Positions 56,482-63,829 of a DNA stretch of 64,000 nt are shown here, in pieces. This stretch comes from a virus. A program made the position numbers and the translations under genes. The notes under the pieces were generated by a model, which saw nothing but the letters and a program-made list of their open reading frames with translations, was not told the origin of the DNA and did not search any database. The first letter of the stretch is position 1. Every line of letters starts with the position of its first letter. The stretch lies in IMG/VR virus record IMGVR_UViG_3300019776_000961, positions 129,221-193,220 of that record; one strand, 5' to 3'.

Positions 56482-56823
56482 TTAGTACGCACCAATGAGT
56501 GCGTTGGAGGTATACTCTTCTGGTATATTAGGGGTGGCAATGTACCAGGCACTAGTATCAATTCTCTTTGCCAGAGATGGATAGGTTTCAATCAAATCTT
56601 CACCGATAACAACCTTAACTGGTAACCACCTAGTAACAGGTGAACCGGTGGCTTTGCCGGCTAGAGCGTAGCGCACGTCTACCTTCTTATATGGGTTAAC
56701 AAGATAGGCTTCCATATCTTCAGGAAATACAATGAACTTATAACGTTCAGGTGAAACGGGTACAAGACGTGCGGAATTCGTACGAATATATGCCTCGTTT
56801 AATAGATGACTATCATTATTCAT
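56482..56823 (-). CDS. Hypothetical late protein, leader family
   Basis: MNNDSHLLNEAY; TATAAATA 9 nt upstream. Confidence 0.65.
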   Translation of the reverse strand: MNNDSHLLNEAYIRTNSARLVPVSPERYKFIVFPEDMEAYLVNPYKKVDVRYALAGKATGSPVTRWLPVKVVIGEDLIETYPSLAKRIDTSAWYIATPNIPEEYTSNALIGAY

Positions 56824-56859
56824 ATATATTAGTATTTATAGGTTTAATAAAGTAGAAAT

Positions 56860-57087
56860 TTACTTCTGCGGTAAATTAATAGTAATGATAACGGTGTTAG
56901 TATCTCTCTTTGTAGATGTAGATATAACACTACTTGTAGTAGCACTATCACTGATAATACCACCCCCTGTCTTGTTAAGGAGGGAAGCTACACTTCCGGC
57001 GATATCAAAGATTGTATAAGCAATACAAAACAGAGCTATACAGAGAAACGGGTTGAGTCTATTGAGGCTAAAATCAAACTTCATCAT
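56860..57087 (-). CDS. Small membrane protein (late)
   Basis: One hydrophobic segment; TATAAATA 5 nt upstream. Confidence 0.55.
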   Translation of the reverse strand: MMKFDFSLNRLNPFLCIALFCIAYTIFDIAGSVASLLNKTGGGIISDSATTSSVISTSTKRDTNTVIITINLPQK

Positions 57088-57275
57088 ACGGGTATTTATA
57101 CCGAGGAGCCTATATAGAAAATCCTCGCAGACGCGCTAAAAAAAATTTTGCTAAAAAAAGTTGGCATGGGGCCTATAGAATTCCAACCCCCTTTCCCTAT
57201 ATGGTTAAATTCCCGTGCTTGGGGATATATCCCCGTGGGGGTTTTAGAACCCCCTATACGGTTCTAGAAACCCAC

Positions 57276-57458
57276 CTAGCGCTCTAGAAGGTGTATGCTA
57301 TAGCGGAGAGATGGCTTACTAGTAGTACCATCTACTATACGATGATAGATCTTATTGGAGAGGTATCCAATAAGGTACCAGCATAGTAGACCTATCATAC
57401 TGGCTATGATCCATGATACGATCTTCACCTTACTATACCTATAGCCTTCTTCAATCAT
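57276..57458 (-). CDS. Small membrane protein
   Basis: ATGA-coupled to the upstream gene; one transmembrane segment. Confidence 0.45.
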   Translation of the reverse strand: MIEEGYRYSKVKIVSWIIASMIGLLCWYLIGYLSNKIYHRIVDGTTSKPSLRYSIHLLER

Positions 57459-57694
57459 ACAGCAATGGCTAGCTCTTTGAGCTCATCATCCACAGTGGCG
57501 TACGCCCTATTAAGAGCGTCTTGAATACCGCTACTATAACCCTTAACCTCCCAATCAATAATGGCCTGGAGAGTACCCAGAGCATAGCTGTGGGCGTACT
57601 GGCGATTGTTCTTCTTATCCTGGAGCTCAACAATCTTGTTAACCAGCTCCTGGACGGTGATATCTTTCTCTGTGTGCTTTATTTTATTTTTCAT
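57455..57694 (-). CDS. Leaderless early gene (MKNKIKH...)
   Basis: Start reassigned to the ATG 6 nt after TACAAT. Confidence 0.75.
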   Translation of the reverse strand: MKNKIKHTEKDITVQELVNKIVELQDKKNNRQYAHSYALGTLQAIIDWEVKGYSSGIQDALNRAYATVDDELKELAIAV

Positions 57695-57731
57695 ACGATG
57701 ATTGTATATGGAATCTGTTTGAACCTCCAGC

Positions 57732-57920
57732 TTAAACGGCCTGGGCGTACGACTCATGCGTCTTCCAAAGGTCTCGCATCTCACGTCTTAGCTTATTGTA
57801 TTCAGCAGAGCGTTCGGTGCTGGATGTAAACTTAGCCATCCTCTCATAGTACTCCTCAAGAGTCTTGGCCGCCTTGGTTACGTTGTCGTAGTATTCGTCT
57901 ACTGTGTTCTTATTTTTCAT
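57732..57920 (-). CDS. Leaderless early gene (MKNKNTVDE...)
   Basis: TTGACC-17-TATACT-6-ATG. Confidence 0.75.
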   Translation of the reverse strand: MKNKNTVDEYYDNVTKAAKTLEEYYERMAKFTSSTERSAEYNKLRREMRDLWKTHESYAQAV

Positions 57921-57962
57921 ACGATCAGTATAAGGTCTAAAGGTGGAACGGTCAAGCCTCTT

Positions 57963-58166
57963 CTACCAACGCACCCTCCGCTTGCTATAGTATTCCTCGA
58001 CCGTGCACCCGGTTTCGTATTCCCCGAGCATCTCGTTCTCCGATTGCTGCTCACGAAGACTGTCCAGCTCGTTATTGATTCGGCTGAGCTCTCCAAGCCC
58101 CCTTGCCAAGTTGGCCTGAGCTTCAAGTTGCATGATTCGGTATTGGATAGTGTTCTTATTTTCCAT
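57963..58166 (-). CDS. Leaderless early gene (MENKNTIQ...)
   Basis: TTGACC-17-TATACT-6-ATG. Confidence 0.75.
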   Translation of the reverse strand: MENKNTIQYRIMQLEAQANLARGLGELSRINNELDSLREQQSENEMLGEYETGCTVEEYYSKRRVRW

Positions 58167-58197
58167 ACTATCAGTATAATGGAATCTGGCCGAACGG

Positions 58198-58467
58198 TCA
58201 AGCCCCTTCTACGACAAATCCATGCATGTCCCGGACAGTGTTCCGCTCCTCCAGGGCCTCTTCATCCTCTCTTAACTCCTCCTCGAAGACATTAACCAGA
58301 TACTCCCATTGAGCGTTAGTGTACTTAAAAGGATCCAAGGCCGCGCGGACATAGTTGATGTTACCAGTCCTAATGGACTTCCTCCAGACGCTATTCAGGT
58401 ACTCGTCGTTGTCAATCCAGAGCTCAAGCTCGCGATCGGAATGAATGGTAAGGTCTAGGTTTCTCAT
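58198..58467 (-). CDS. Hypothetical early protein
   Basis: RELELWIDNDEYL; its TGA stop lies inside the next -35 box. Confidence 0.7.
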   Translation of the reverse strand: MRNLDLTIHSDRELELWIDNDEYLNSVWRKSIRTGNINYVRAALDPFKYTNAQWEYLVNVFEEELREDEEALEERNTVRDMHGFVVEGA

Positions 58468-58468
58468 A

Positions 58469-58576
58469 TTAGCGAGGCATGAGGGCGAAGGCTACGATGT
58501 TAATAACAACCACGGCTGAGGTAGCAGCAAGGAGCCAGAGGTTGATCGGGTTATTGACGTTGTTCTTATTTTTCAT
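58469..58576 (-). CDS. Leaderless 35-aa membrane peptide (MKNKNNV...)
   Basis: TGGAAG-17-TATACT-6-ATG; hydrophobic C-terminal half. Confidence 0.65.
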   Translation of the reverse strand: MKNKNNVNNPINLWLLAATSAVVVINIVAFALMPR

Positions 58577-58613
58577 ACTATCAGTATAAGGGAATCTGAA
58601 AGGAACTTCCAGC

Positions 58614-58805
58614 CTAGAATCCGTATGATCGAAGAACCAGATAGGCATGTCCTTCATCCAGGACATCGTTGTACTTATCAATGGCTACAGACATATGATT
58701 AACGCCACAGAAGTCATCCCTATCAGGATCGTATACAGTGACGTCATCATTGAGACGGTCTACCGGGATCTCCATGAGAGACTTGATGAGTTGTTTGTAG
58801 GTCAT
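58614..58805 (-). CDS. Hypothetical early protein (MTYKQL...)
   Basis: Start reassigned to the ATG just after the upstream TAA. Confidence 0.65.
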   Translation of the reverse strand: MTYKQLIKSLMEIPVDRLNDDVTVYDPDRDDFCGVNHMSVAIDKYNDVLDEGHAYLVLRSYGF

Positions 58806-58806
58806 A

Positions 58807-59028
58807 TTAGTGGCGGCAGAGTTCCAATCCGTGTCTGATGATCTCGTCAAATCCTCCGTAGCTATTGTAGAGGGAGACGATCTGGTGGTTGACGTCTGAG
58901 GAGCCAATCTCTTCAACACCCCACTCCTTCAGCTCAAGCTTGGCCGTATTCCGGACCAATCCCGCGATCCCTGCATCCAGGGCCTTATACTCTGTCATTA
59001 CTTCTTCGAACGTTTTTCTATTTTTCAT
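58807..59028 (-). CDS. Leaderless early gene (MKNRKTF...)
   Basis: TTGAGT-17-CATAAT-6-ATG. Confidence 0.75.
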   Translation of the reverse strand: MKNRKTFEEVMTEYKALDAGIAGLVRNTAKLELKEWGVEEIGSSDVNHQIVSLYNSYGGFDEIIRHGLELCRH

Positions 59029-59065
59029 ACTGTAATTATGGCTTCTGATTGTGGAACACTCAAGC

Positions 59066-59326
59066 TTATTCCCTGGCCCATCCTTCGGCCAAGTCTTGGA
59101 CGTAGCAGCTAAACTCACCGTTCATACAAGCGTTTTCAACGGCAACGGCAGCCTCTTCATATTCGGTGTCCTCTGTGAAGATAATGTCAACAGCCTCCTT
59201 GTAATCAGGAGTATTCATGAGCTCCTTAAGGTCGTTAAGTGCTTCGTAGATCTTACCAGATAGCTTCTCGTACTGGCTGGCGATATCGATGATGGCTTCG
59301 GGTGTCAGTTTGTTCTTATTTTTCAT
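59066..59326 (-). CDS. Leaderless early gene, tandem paralog B (MKNKNKLTPEAII...)
   Basis: TTGAAG-17-TATACT-6-ATG; similar to 59364-59633. Confidence 0.8.
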   Translation of the reverse strand: MKNKNKLTPEAIIDIASQYEKLSGKIYEALNDLKELMNTPDYKEAVDIIFTEDTEYEEAAVAVENACMNGEFSCYVQDLAEGWARE

Positions 59327-59363
59327 ACGATCAGTATATTGTACTTTGAAAGGAACTTCAAGC

Positions 59364-59633
59364 CTATTCCTTCTCCCAGAGTCTGGTAATCTCTGAGAGA
59401 TCCTGGATGAAGCAGCTAAATTCGCCACTTAGGTTTGCATTCTCTACAGCGACGGCAGCCTCTTCATATGCCTCATCTTCGGTGTAAACAATGTTAGCAG
59501 CCTCCTTATACTGAGGGGTTCCCATCAGGTCTCTCAGGTCGTTAAGGGCGTCGTAAACCTTGCCTACGATTCCTTCGTAAGCGCTAGCGATTTCGATGAT
59601 GGCTTCGGGTGTCAGGGTGTTCTTATTTTTCAT
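59364..59633 (-). CDS. Leaderless early gene, tandem paralog A (MKNKNTLTPEAII...)
   Basis: TGGAGG-17-TATACT-6-ATG. Confidence 0.8.
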   Translation of the reverse strand: MKNKNTLTPEAIIEIASAYEGIVGKVYDALNDLRDLMGTPQYKEAANIVYTEDEAYEEAAVAVENANLSGEFSCFIQDLSEITRLWEKE

Positions 59634-59652
59634 ACTATCAGTATAAAGGATT

Positions 59653-59811
59653 CTAGATGGAACCTCCAGCCTCAAGGGTCGAAATTACCTCCATCCAGGC
59701 CTCACGCCATGACTTGAACTCGTCTCCGGCCATGGCGAATTGATTGACCATTTCGCGGATGTTAGCGATGAGCTTCTGATTCTTTTTGCTTACCTTGTTC
59801 TTATTTTTCAT
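59653..59811 (-). CDS. Leaderless early gene (MKNKNKVSKK...)
   Basis: TTGACT-17-CATAAT-6-ATG. Confidence 0.7.
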   Translation of the reverse strand: MKNKNKVSKKNQKLIANIREMVNQFAMAGDEFKSWREAWMEVISTLEAGGSI

Positions 59812-59859
59812 ACCATCATTATGATGGCCGAACAAGGAATAGTCAAGCCCGAAAAATGC

Positions 59860-59899
59860 GAAAGCGCACCGGTGCCAGCTTCCTGCCCGGTGCGCTTTC
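59860..59899 (-). terminator. Stem-loop upstream of a cassette promoter
   Basis: 13-bp perfect inverted repeat GAAAGCGCACCGG/CCGGTGCGCTTTC with 14-nt loop. Confidence 0.65.
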
Positions 59900-59954
59900 T
59901 TATTGTTGTGTTCTCTTTCGCTGGCTTTACAGGACCCTCTTTGGAGGGTGATTC

Positions 59955-60182
59955 TTAATCGATCCTCGTGGCGCGGAAGCCAGTGGGGATCTTCTTGAAG
60001 GAGTATTCAAATCCCTCCTTCTTGAGCTTCTGATACATCTTGCACCCGTTCGGCTTAGCCTTCCATCCCCAGAGGATGAAGGAGCGTCCAATGGCCGTAG
60101 AGCGCCAGGGATACTTGGTTGTGTTGAAGGGCCGTCCAGGCTTACGCGAGGAGATGGTCTTGGATTCGATCTTGTTAACCAT
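59955..60182 (-). CDS. Small basic, putative DNA-binding protein
   Basis: RKPGRP...KYPW...GRSF...GFRATR. Confidence 0.6.
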   Translation of the reverse strand: MVNKIESKTISSRKPGRPFNTTKYPWRSTAIGRSFILWGWKAKPNGCKMYQKLKKEGFEYSFKKIPTGFRATRID

Positions 60183-60187
60183 TTGGA

Positions 60188-60556
60188 TTAGGCTCCCTTC
60201 TTGGTCTTGCCGTTATAACGGAGGATCGTAGCACCATCGAGATCCTGGATCGGAGACTCAAACGTTGATCCGAGAATACCTTTGATCTCAGCAACGGTCT
60301 TTCCAGAGCGGAGAAGCTTAGCGACGTCGCGGGAGACGTAGTGCTTGAGGATGTCCTCGGTGGAGCAATTACGTGCCTCAGCCTTCTTCGCAAGGTAAGC
60401 GGCGTTGGTATAGCGTCCGACTCCGGTGACCTGACAGACAAGCTTCGGCGTGATGGTACGAGCGGTCTTCTCGACCTTGGGCTGCGCACTTTTGATGGTC
60501 TTGCGCTTAACCTGGCTCTTAGGAGCCACTGTTTTGGTTTCGACTGTGGTAGTCAT
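60188..60556 (-). CDS. Basic hypothetical early protein (MTTTVETK...)
   Basis: Own promoter TTGCCG-17-CATACT, 13 nt before ATG. Confidence 0.65.
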   Translation of the reverse strand: MTTTVETKTVAPKSQVKRKTIKSAQPKVEKTARTITPKLVCQVTGVGRYTNAAYLAKKAEARNCSTEDILKHYVSRDVAKLLRSGKTVAEIKGILGSTFESPIQDLDGATILRYNGKTKKGA

Positions 60557-60601
60557 ATTCTTGATCTTTAGTATGGCTGAATGTATTCGGACCGGCAAGA
60601 T

Positions 60602-60781
60602 TTATTTTGTGGTACTTGGACCAACGAAAACGTAGGCCGCATTAAGAATCAAACCGATGCAAATGACATAGAAGTAATAGAACGGTACAGGGTTATGATC
60701 GAGCATAGTTAATCCTACGTGTGCGCAAACGACGACGTTGATGAGATTAACAATAAGGGAGGCGATATCAAGTTTAGACAT
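60602..60781 (-). CDS. Small two-transmembrane protein (MSKLDI...)
   Basis: Two hydrophobic segments. Confidence 0.55.
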   Translation of the reverse strand: MSKLDIASLIVNLINVVVCAHVGLTMLDHNPVPFYYFYVICIGLILNAAYVFVGPSTTK

Positions 60782-60797
60782 GTTGTGTTGTTTGGGG

Positions 60798-60959
60798 TTA
60801 TGACCAGAGCTTATACTCATAGTCGGTGATCCTGTTCGTATCCTGGAGGCTCTGTACCCAGCTTGAGTGCGTGGTGCGGAGCATGGCCTCCAGGACGGGT
60901 GATGGCTTACGATTACGTCTCAGAAGATCTTCGATTGTATTAAGAATAAAGCTAATCAT
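60798..60959 (-). CDS. Hypothetical protein (MISFILN...)
   Basis: Start reassigned to the ATG just after the upstream TAA. Confidence 0.5.
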   Translation of the reverse strand: MISFILNTIEDLLRRNRKPSPVLEAMLRTTHSSWVQSLQDTNRITDYEYKLWS

Positions 60960-60960
60960 T

Positions 60961-61191
60961 TTAGTCAATAGCGAGCTTATGATCATCGAGAGTTTGGTGA
61001 ATGTAATCACCCTCGCTCTCATTGCAATAATGTTCCCAGAGGTAGAGGTAAGGGTTAGTAAACTTAGAGCAAACAAATCCAACGTTTATAATATGACTCC
61101 GAACCTTAGGCGGAAGTGAGAGGATTGAATCGATGAAAGCATCGTAGTAGTTTGCGTCGACTTGTTCTTCGTTGGTGTTTTTATTTTTCAT
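60961..61191 (-). CDS. Leaderless early gene (MKNKNTNEE...)
   Basis: TTGACC-17-CATAAT-6-ATG. Confidence 0.75.
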   Translation of the reverse strand: MKNKNTNEEQVDANYYDAFIDSILSLPPKVRSHIINVGFVCSKFTNPYLYLWEHYCNESEGDYIHQTLDDHKLAID

Positions 61192-61233
61192 ACTGTAATT
61201 ATGGCTTCTATTTGTGGAACGGTCAAGAGGAAA

Positions 61234-61306
61234 AAGCGACCTAGGTGATTAATGTGGCATAAGTGCCCGTCCGGAGATCTCCTCCGACACTATTCCTAGG
61301 TCGCTT
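61234..61306 (-). terminator. Long structured stem-loop/terminator upstream of a cassette promoter
   Basis: 12-bp perfect inverted repeat AAGCGACCTAGG/CCTAGGTCGCTT enclosing two small hairpins; U-run follows on the minus strand. Confidence 0.65.
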
Positions 61307-61314
61307 GTTAAATG

Positions 61315-61533
61315 TTAGTAAATGTCCTCGGCTTCTGCAAGCTTTGATTTGAAATATTCTGAAAAGAAGCCCTCTTCGTAGAGGTAGTCACCAAGCTTCT
61401 CCATGTCCTTCTCAGAGAATAGCTTCTCATCAGCAGCTAGGATCATCAGATCATTCTCTGGAGTCACCCAAGCACACCATGGGCGTCCAAAGGCTTCAAT
61501 GTACATCATTCTATCTAGGTCGGCGTGTGTCAT
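61315..61533 (-). CDS. Hypothetical early protein
   Basis: 72-aa ORF in a co-directional run. Confidence 0.6.
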   Translation of the reverse strand: MTHADLDRMMYIEAFGRPWCAWVTPENDLMILAADEKLFSEKDMEKLGDYLYEEGFFSEYFKSKLAEAEDIY

Positions 61534-61534
61534 A

Positions 61535-61912
61535 TTATTTGTTCAACCTCCATCCAGCCTCTTTGTAGTCGACGATAGGGAACCCATTCTCGTCATGGTG
61601 ATCGCAATCAACAAGATAGATGTATTCGATGTCTCCATGGTCTTCGATGCAAGGTCCGATTCCACAGAAGCTCAGAGGATTAGGATTCTCATCATCACAC
61701 TGACTGATAGCGTACCAGACGATGTACTTAGCTGCCAAGTACTCCGCGTCGTTGAAGCGTGTATCTTTAGCCTGTTCCTTGACGTCCTGGAAGAACTTCT
61801 GAAGCTGGTTCAAACGACCGCCTTCACCATCAGGATAGCCATCCCAGTGGACGTAGATGTTTGCACGAACTGTTCCTCCATCGGAGAATTTGACTTGTGA
61901 GCGTGTTGCCAT
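61535..61912 (-). CDS. Conserved phage hypothetical protein (MATRS...YVHWDGYP type)
   Basis: MATRSQV...IYVHWDGYP...EYIY. Confidence 0.75.
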   Translation of the reverse strand: MATRSQVKFSDGGTVRANIYVHWDGYPDGEGGRLNQLQKFFQDVKEQAKDTRFNDAEYLAAKYIVWYAISQCDDENPNPLSFCGIGPCIEDHGDIEYIYLVDCDHHDENGFPIVDYKEAGWRLNK

Positions 61913-61954
61913 ATTGTTTATTGATTGTAATTGGTTTGGGTTGGAACTTAAAGC

Positions 61955-62176
61955 TTAAAACAGCCCGGCTGGATCGGCCTCTGTGTCAATGAACTCCTGA
62001 ATCTCTTCAAAGAGCGCAGGTACCTCTACAGCGTATCCTTCTACAGTCTCCAACCGGCTATCGATGATCTTTCCGTCTTCGTTGAAATAATCGACGTAGC
62101 GGTAGGTTTGATCATCCTTCTGGACGGTGTAGGACTTGGTGACAATCTTGTCGGTATCGATGGCTAGAATCTTCAT
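61955..62176 (-). CDS. Hypothetical early protein
   Basis: ATGA-coupled to the upstream peptide gene. Confidence 0.6.
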   Translation of the reverse strand: MKILAIDTDKIVTKSYTVQKDDQTYRYVDYFNEDGKIIDSRLETVEGYAVEVPALFEEIQEFIDTEADPAGLF

Positions 62177-62304
62177 GCGTATTGGAGGTTGTATTTTGCT
62201 TTGCGGTTGTAAGCTTTCTTGTTACGAAAGGCCTTCTGTTTGGGAGCGAAAGGTTGTCGCACCTTCAGCTCTTTGATTTCTATGATCCACTTCTCATTTT
62301 TCAT
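62173..62304 (-). CDS. Leaderless 43-aa basic peptide (below the ORF-track cutoff)
   Basis: MKNEKWIIEIKELKVRQPFAPKQKAFRNKKAYNRKAKYNLQYA after TTGAGT-17-CATAAT-6. Confidence 0.7.
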   Translation of the reverse strand: MKNEKWIIEIKELKVRQPFAPKQKAFRNKKAYNRKAKYNLQYA

Positions 62305-62322
62305 ACATTCATTATGAATGCA

Positions 62323-62532
62323 TCAGGGGGAACACTCAAGCCGAAAATCGTCCAAACAACCTTCAATCATCTGGAGGGCTTCCTTCTCAGTGATTCCTTC
62401 CCACCACACATCATCTATACAAATGATATCTGGCAGGTCGTTTAAGCCGAGACCAAACTCTTTATGGCACTTGAGGTTTAGCGCTCGACGGAACTCCGAC
62501 CTCGATACTGTAGGTTGATTAAGCAGTGACAT
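62323..62532 (-). CDS. Hypothetical early protein
   Basis: FGLGLNDLPD...WW; the stop falls inside the next promoter spacer. Confidence 0.6.
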   Translation of the reverse strand: MSLLNQPTVSRSEFRRALNLKCHKEFGLGLNDLPDIICIDDVWWEGITEKEALQMIEGCLDDFRLECSP

Positions 62533-62971
62533 ACTTCAAAGTCTTGCAAGTTGCGTTACAATTCTTGACGTAAGGGCAGTCATCACACCGCTTGAAATCC
62601 AAGTAGATATCAGGCCGGATGCACACTCCATTCTCAGTCATTTCTGATACGAGTTCAGGAGAGTCCTTCAGAGCAACCTCCCGGGATACGTATGGCTTGA
62701 GCTTGGGTACCTCATATGACTCGATCTTAACGTCCTTCTTCTTAGCCCTCTTAACGGTTACTTTCTTCACCTTCTTAGGCTTGGAAGCGCTCACACATGA
62801 ACGGCATTTGAAGGTCTCCAAAAGGGTTTCAATCCCACCGTACTTCGCAATCTTTCCTTCGAGGTTAGTCCCGAAGCAGGTGATGTGGGTGGTGCATTCC
62901 GTACAAACAATCTTCTTGTTCAAGAGGTGTCCGGTCTTTTTGTAGCTGTTCAGCTGTTCTTTATTTTTCAT
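62519..62971 (-). CDS. Leaderless early gene, Cys-rich (Zn-binding) protein
   Basis: TTGCAA-17-CATAAT-6-ATG; CTEC, CRSC, CDDCPY..NC. Confidence 0.75.
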   Translation of the reverse strand: MKNKEQLNSYKKTGHLLNKKIVCTECTTHITCFGTNLEGKIAKYGGIETLLETFKCRSCVSASKPKKVKKVTVKRAKKKDVKIESYEVPKLKPYVSREVALKDSPELVSEMTENGVCIRPDIYLDFKRCDDCPYVKNCNATCKTLKYVTA

Positions 62972-63099
62972 ACGTTCATTATGGCTTCTGGATTCGGAAC
63001 TTGCAAGCTATTCGGAAGGCAATCTCCCCTCCGATTCGCCGTGCTGGTGGTATTGATTGGCAATTCAAACTGGGTCTCCCAAGGGCTCCCAGGGAGATT

Positions 63100-63315
63100 C
63101 TATGAATGATCCGTTTGTTTCAGCAGCATCTCGTCAGCTGCACATGCATTAGATGCTTCTTTCAATTCAGAATAGTTCTCCATTACAAAGAGATATTCTT
63201 CCTTTGTGAGTCCGGTTGCCGTTCGAGCCTGCGAGCTGAACATATTGTAATGTCCTCCCTTTCGGACTCGTTCGTAGGACTTAAACTGATTGATTTGTTT
63301 CTTTGTGAAGTCCAT
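63100..63315 (-). CDS. Conserved phage hypothetical protein
   Basis: YERVRKGGHYNMFS..A...GLTKEEY...NYSEL. Confidence 0.7.
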   Translation of the reverse strand: MDFTKKQINQFKSYERVRKGGHYNMFSSQARTATGLTKEEYLFVMENYSELKEASNACAADEMLLKQTDHS

Positions 63316-63317
63316 GA

Positions 63318-63596
63318 TTATGCGATAGCTGGGGTATTCTTCTTGTTAAATGCTTCAGCTCGGTCCTGGATTCCAAGCAGTTCACCGACAATATTCTCAA
63401 GCTTAGTAATCTTCTGTCCGATAAAAGGATCATCGGAACGAAGCACCTTATGGAGACACTTAACTACATCCTCAATCTCTTCTAACGTATAGAAAATGTG
63501 CATGGATTTGTCATCCTCACACATAGAGTTAATATCAGCAGCGCGAACGCGGTTTTGGAGTTGGGTTGGCTTGTTCATCCATTCTTTATTTTTCAT
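63318..63596 (-). CDS. Leaderless early gene (MKNKEWM...)
   Basis: TTGAAG-17-TATACT-6-ATG. Confidence 0.75.
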   Translation of the reverse strand: MKNKEWMNKPTQLQNRVRAADINSMCEDDKSMHIFYTLEEIEDVVKCLHKVLRSDDPFIGQKITKLENIVGELLGIQDRAEAFNKKNTPAIA

Positions 63597-63627
63597 ACAA
63601 TCAGTATATTGGAATTCGAAAGGAACT

Positions 63628-63798
63628 TCAAGCGGAAAGTTCGACAATGATATATTCTTCTCCATCCCAGGAGCGCAAATCACCTTCCTGCTCTTCCATT
63701 CCTTCGGTGATTTCTTCAATGGTCTCATCCTCATCCAGGACAATGTAGTCAGCCTGGCCATTGTAGCGATTGATCTGTAGATATTTACTATTTTTCAT
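63628..63798 (-). CDS. Leaderless early gene (MKNSKYL...)
   Basis: TTGAAG-17-TATACT-6-ATG; its TGA stop lies inside the next -35 box. Confidence 0.75.
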   Translation of the reverse strand: MKNSKYLQINRYNGQADYIVLDEDETIEEITEGMEEQEGDLRSWDGEEYIIVELSA

Positions 63799-63829
63799 AC
63801 GTTCAGTATATTGGAATTTGAAAGGAACT

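Noticed and set aside
1163-63780. Numerous short opposite-strand or alternate-frame ORFs in the track (e.g. 34710-35132, 36161-36496, 37162-37545, 61403-61900, 63106-63492)
   Set aside because: They are shadows of well-supported genes, with no promoter or start context and no recognisable motifs.
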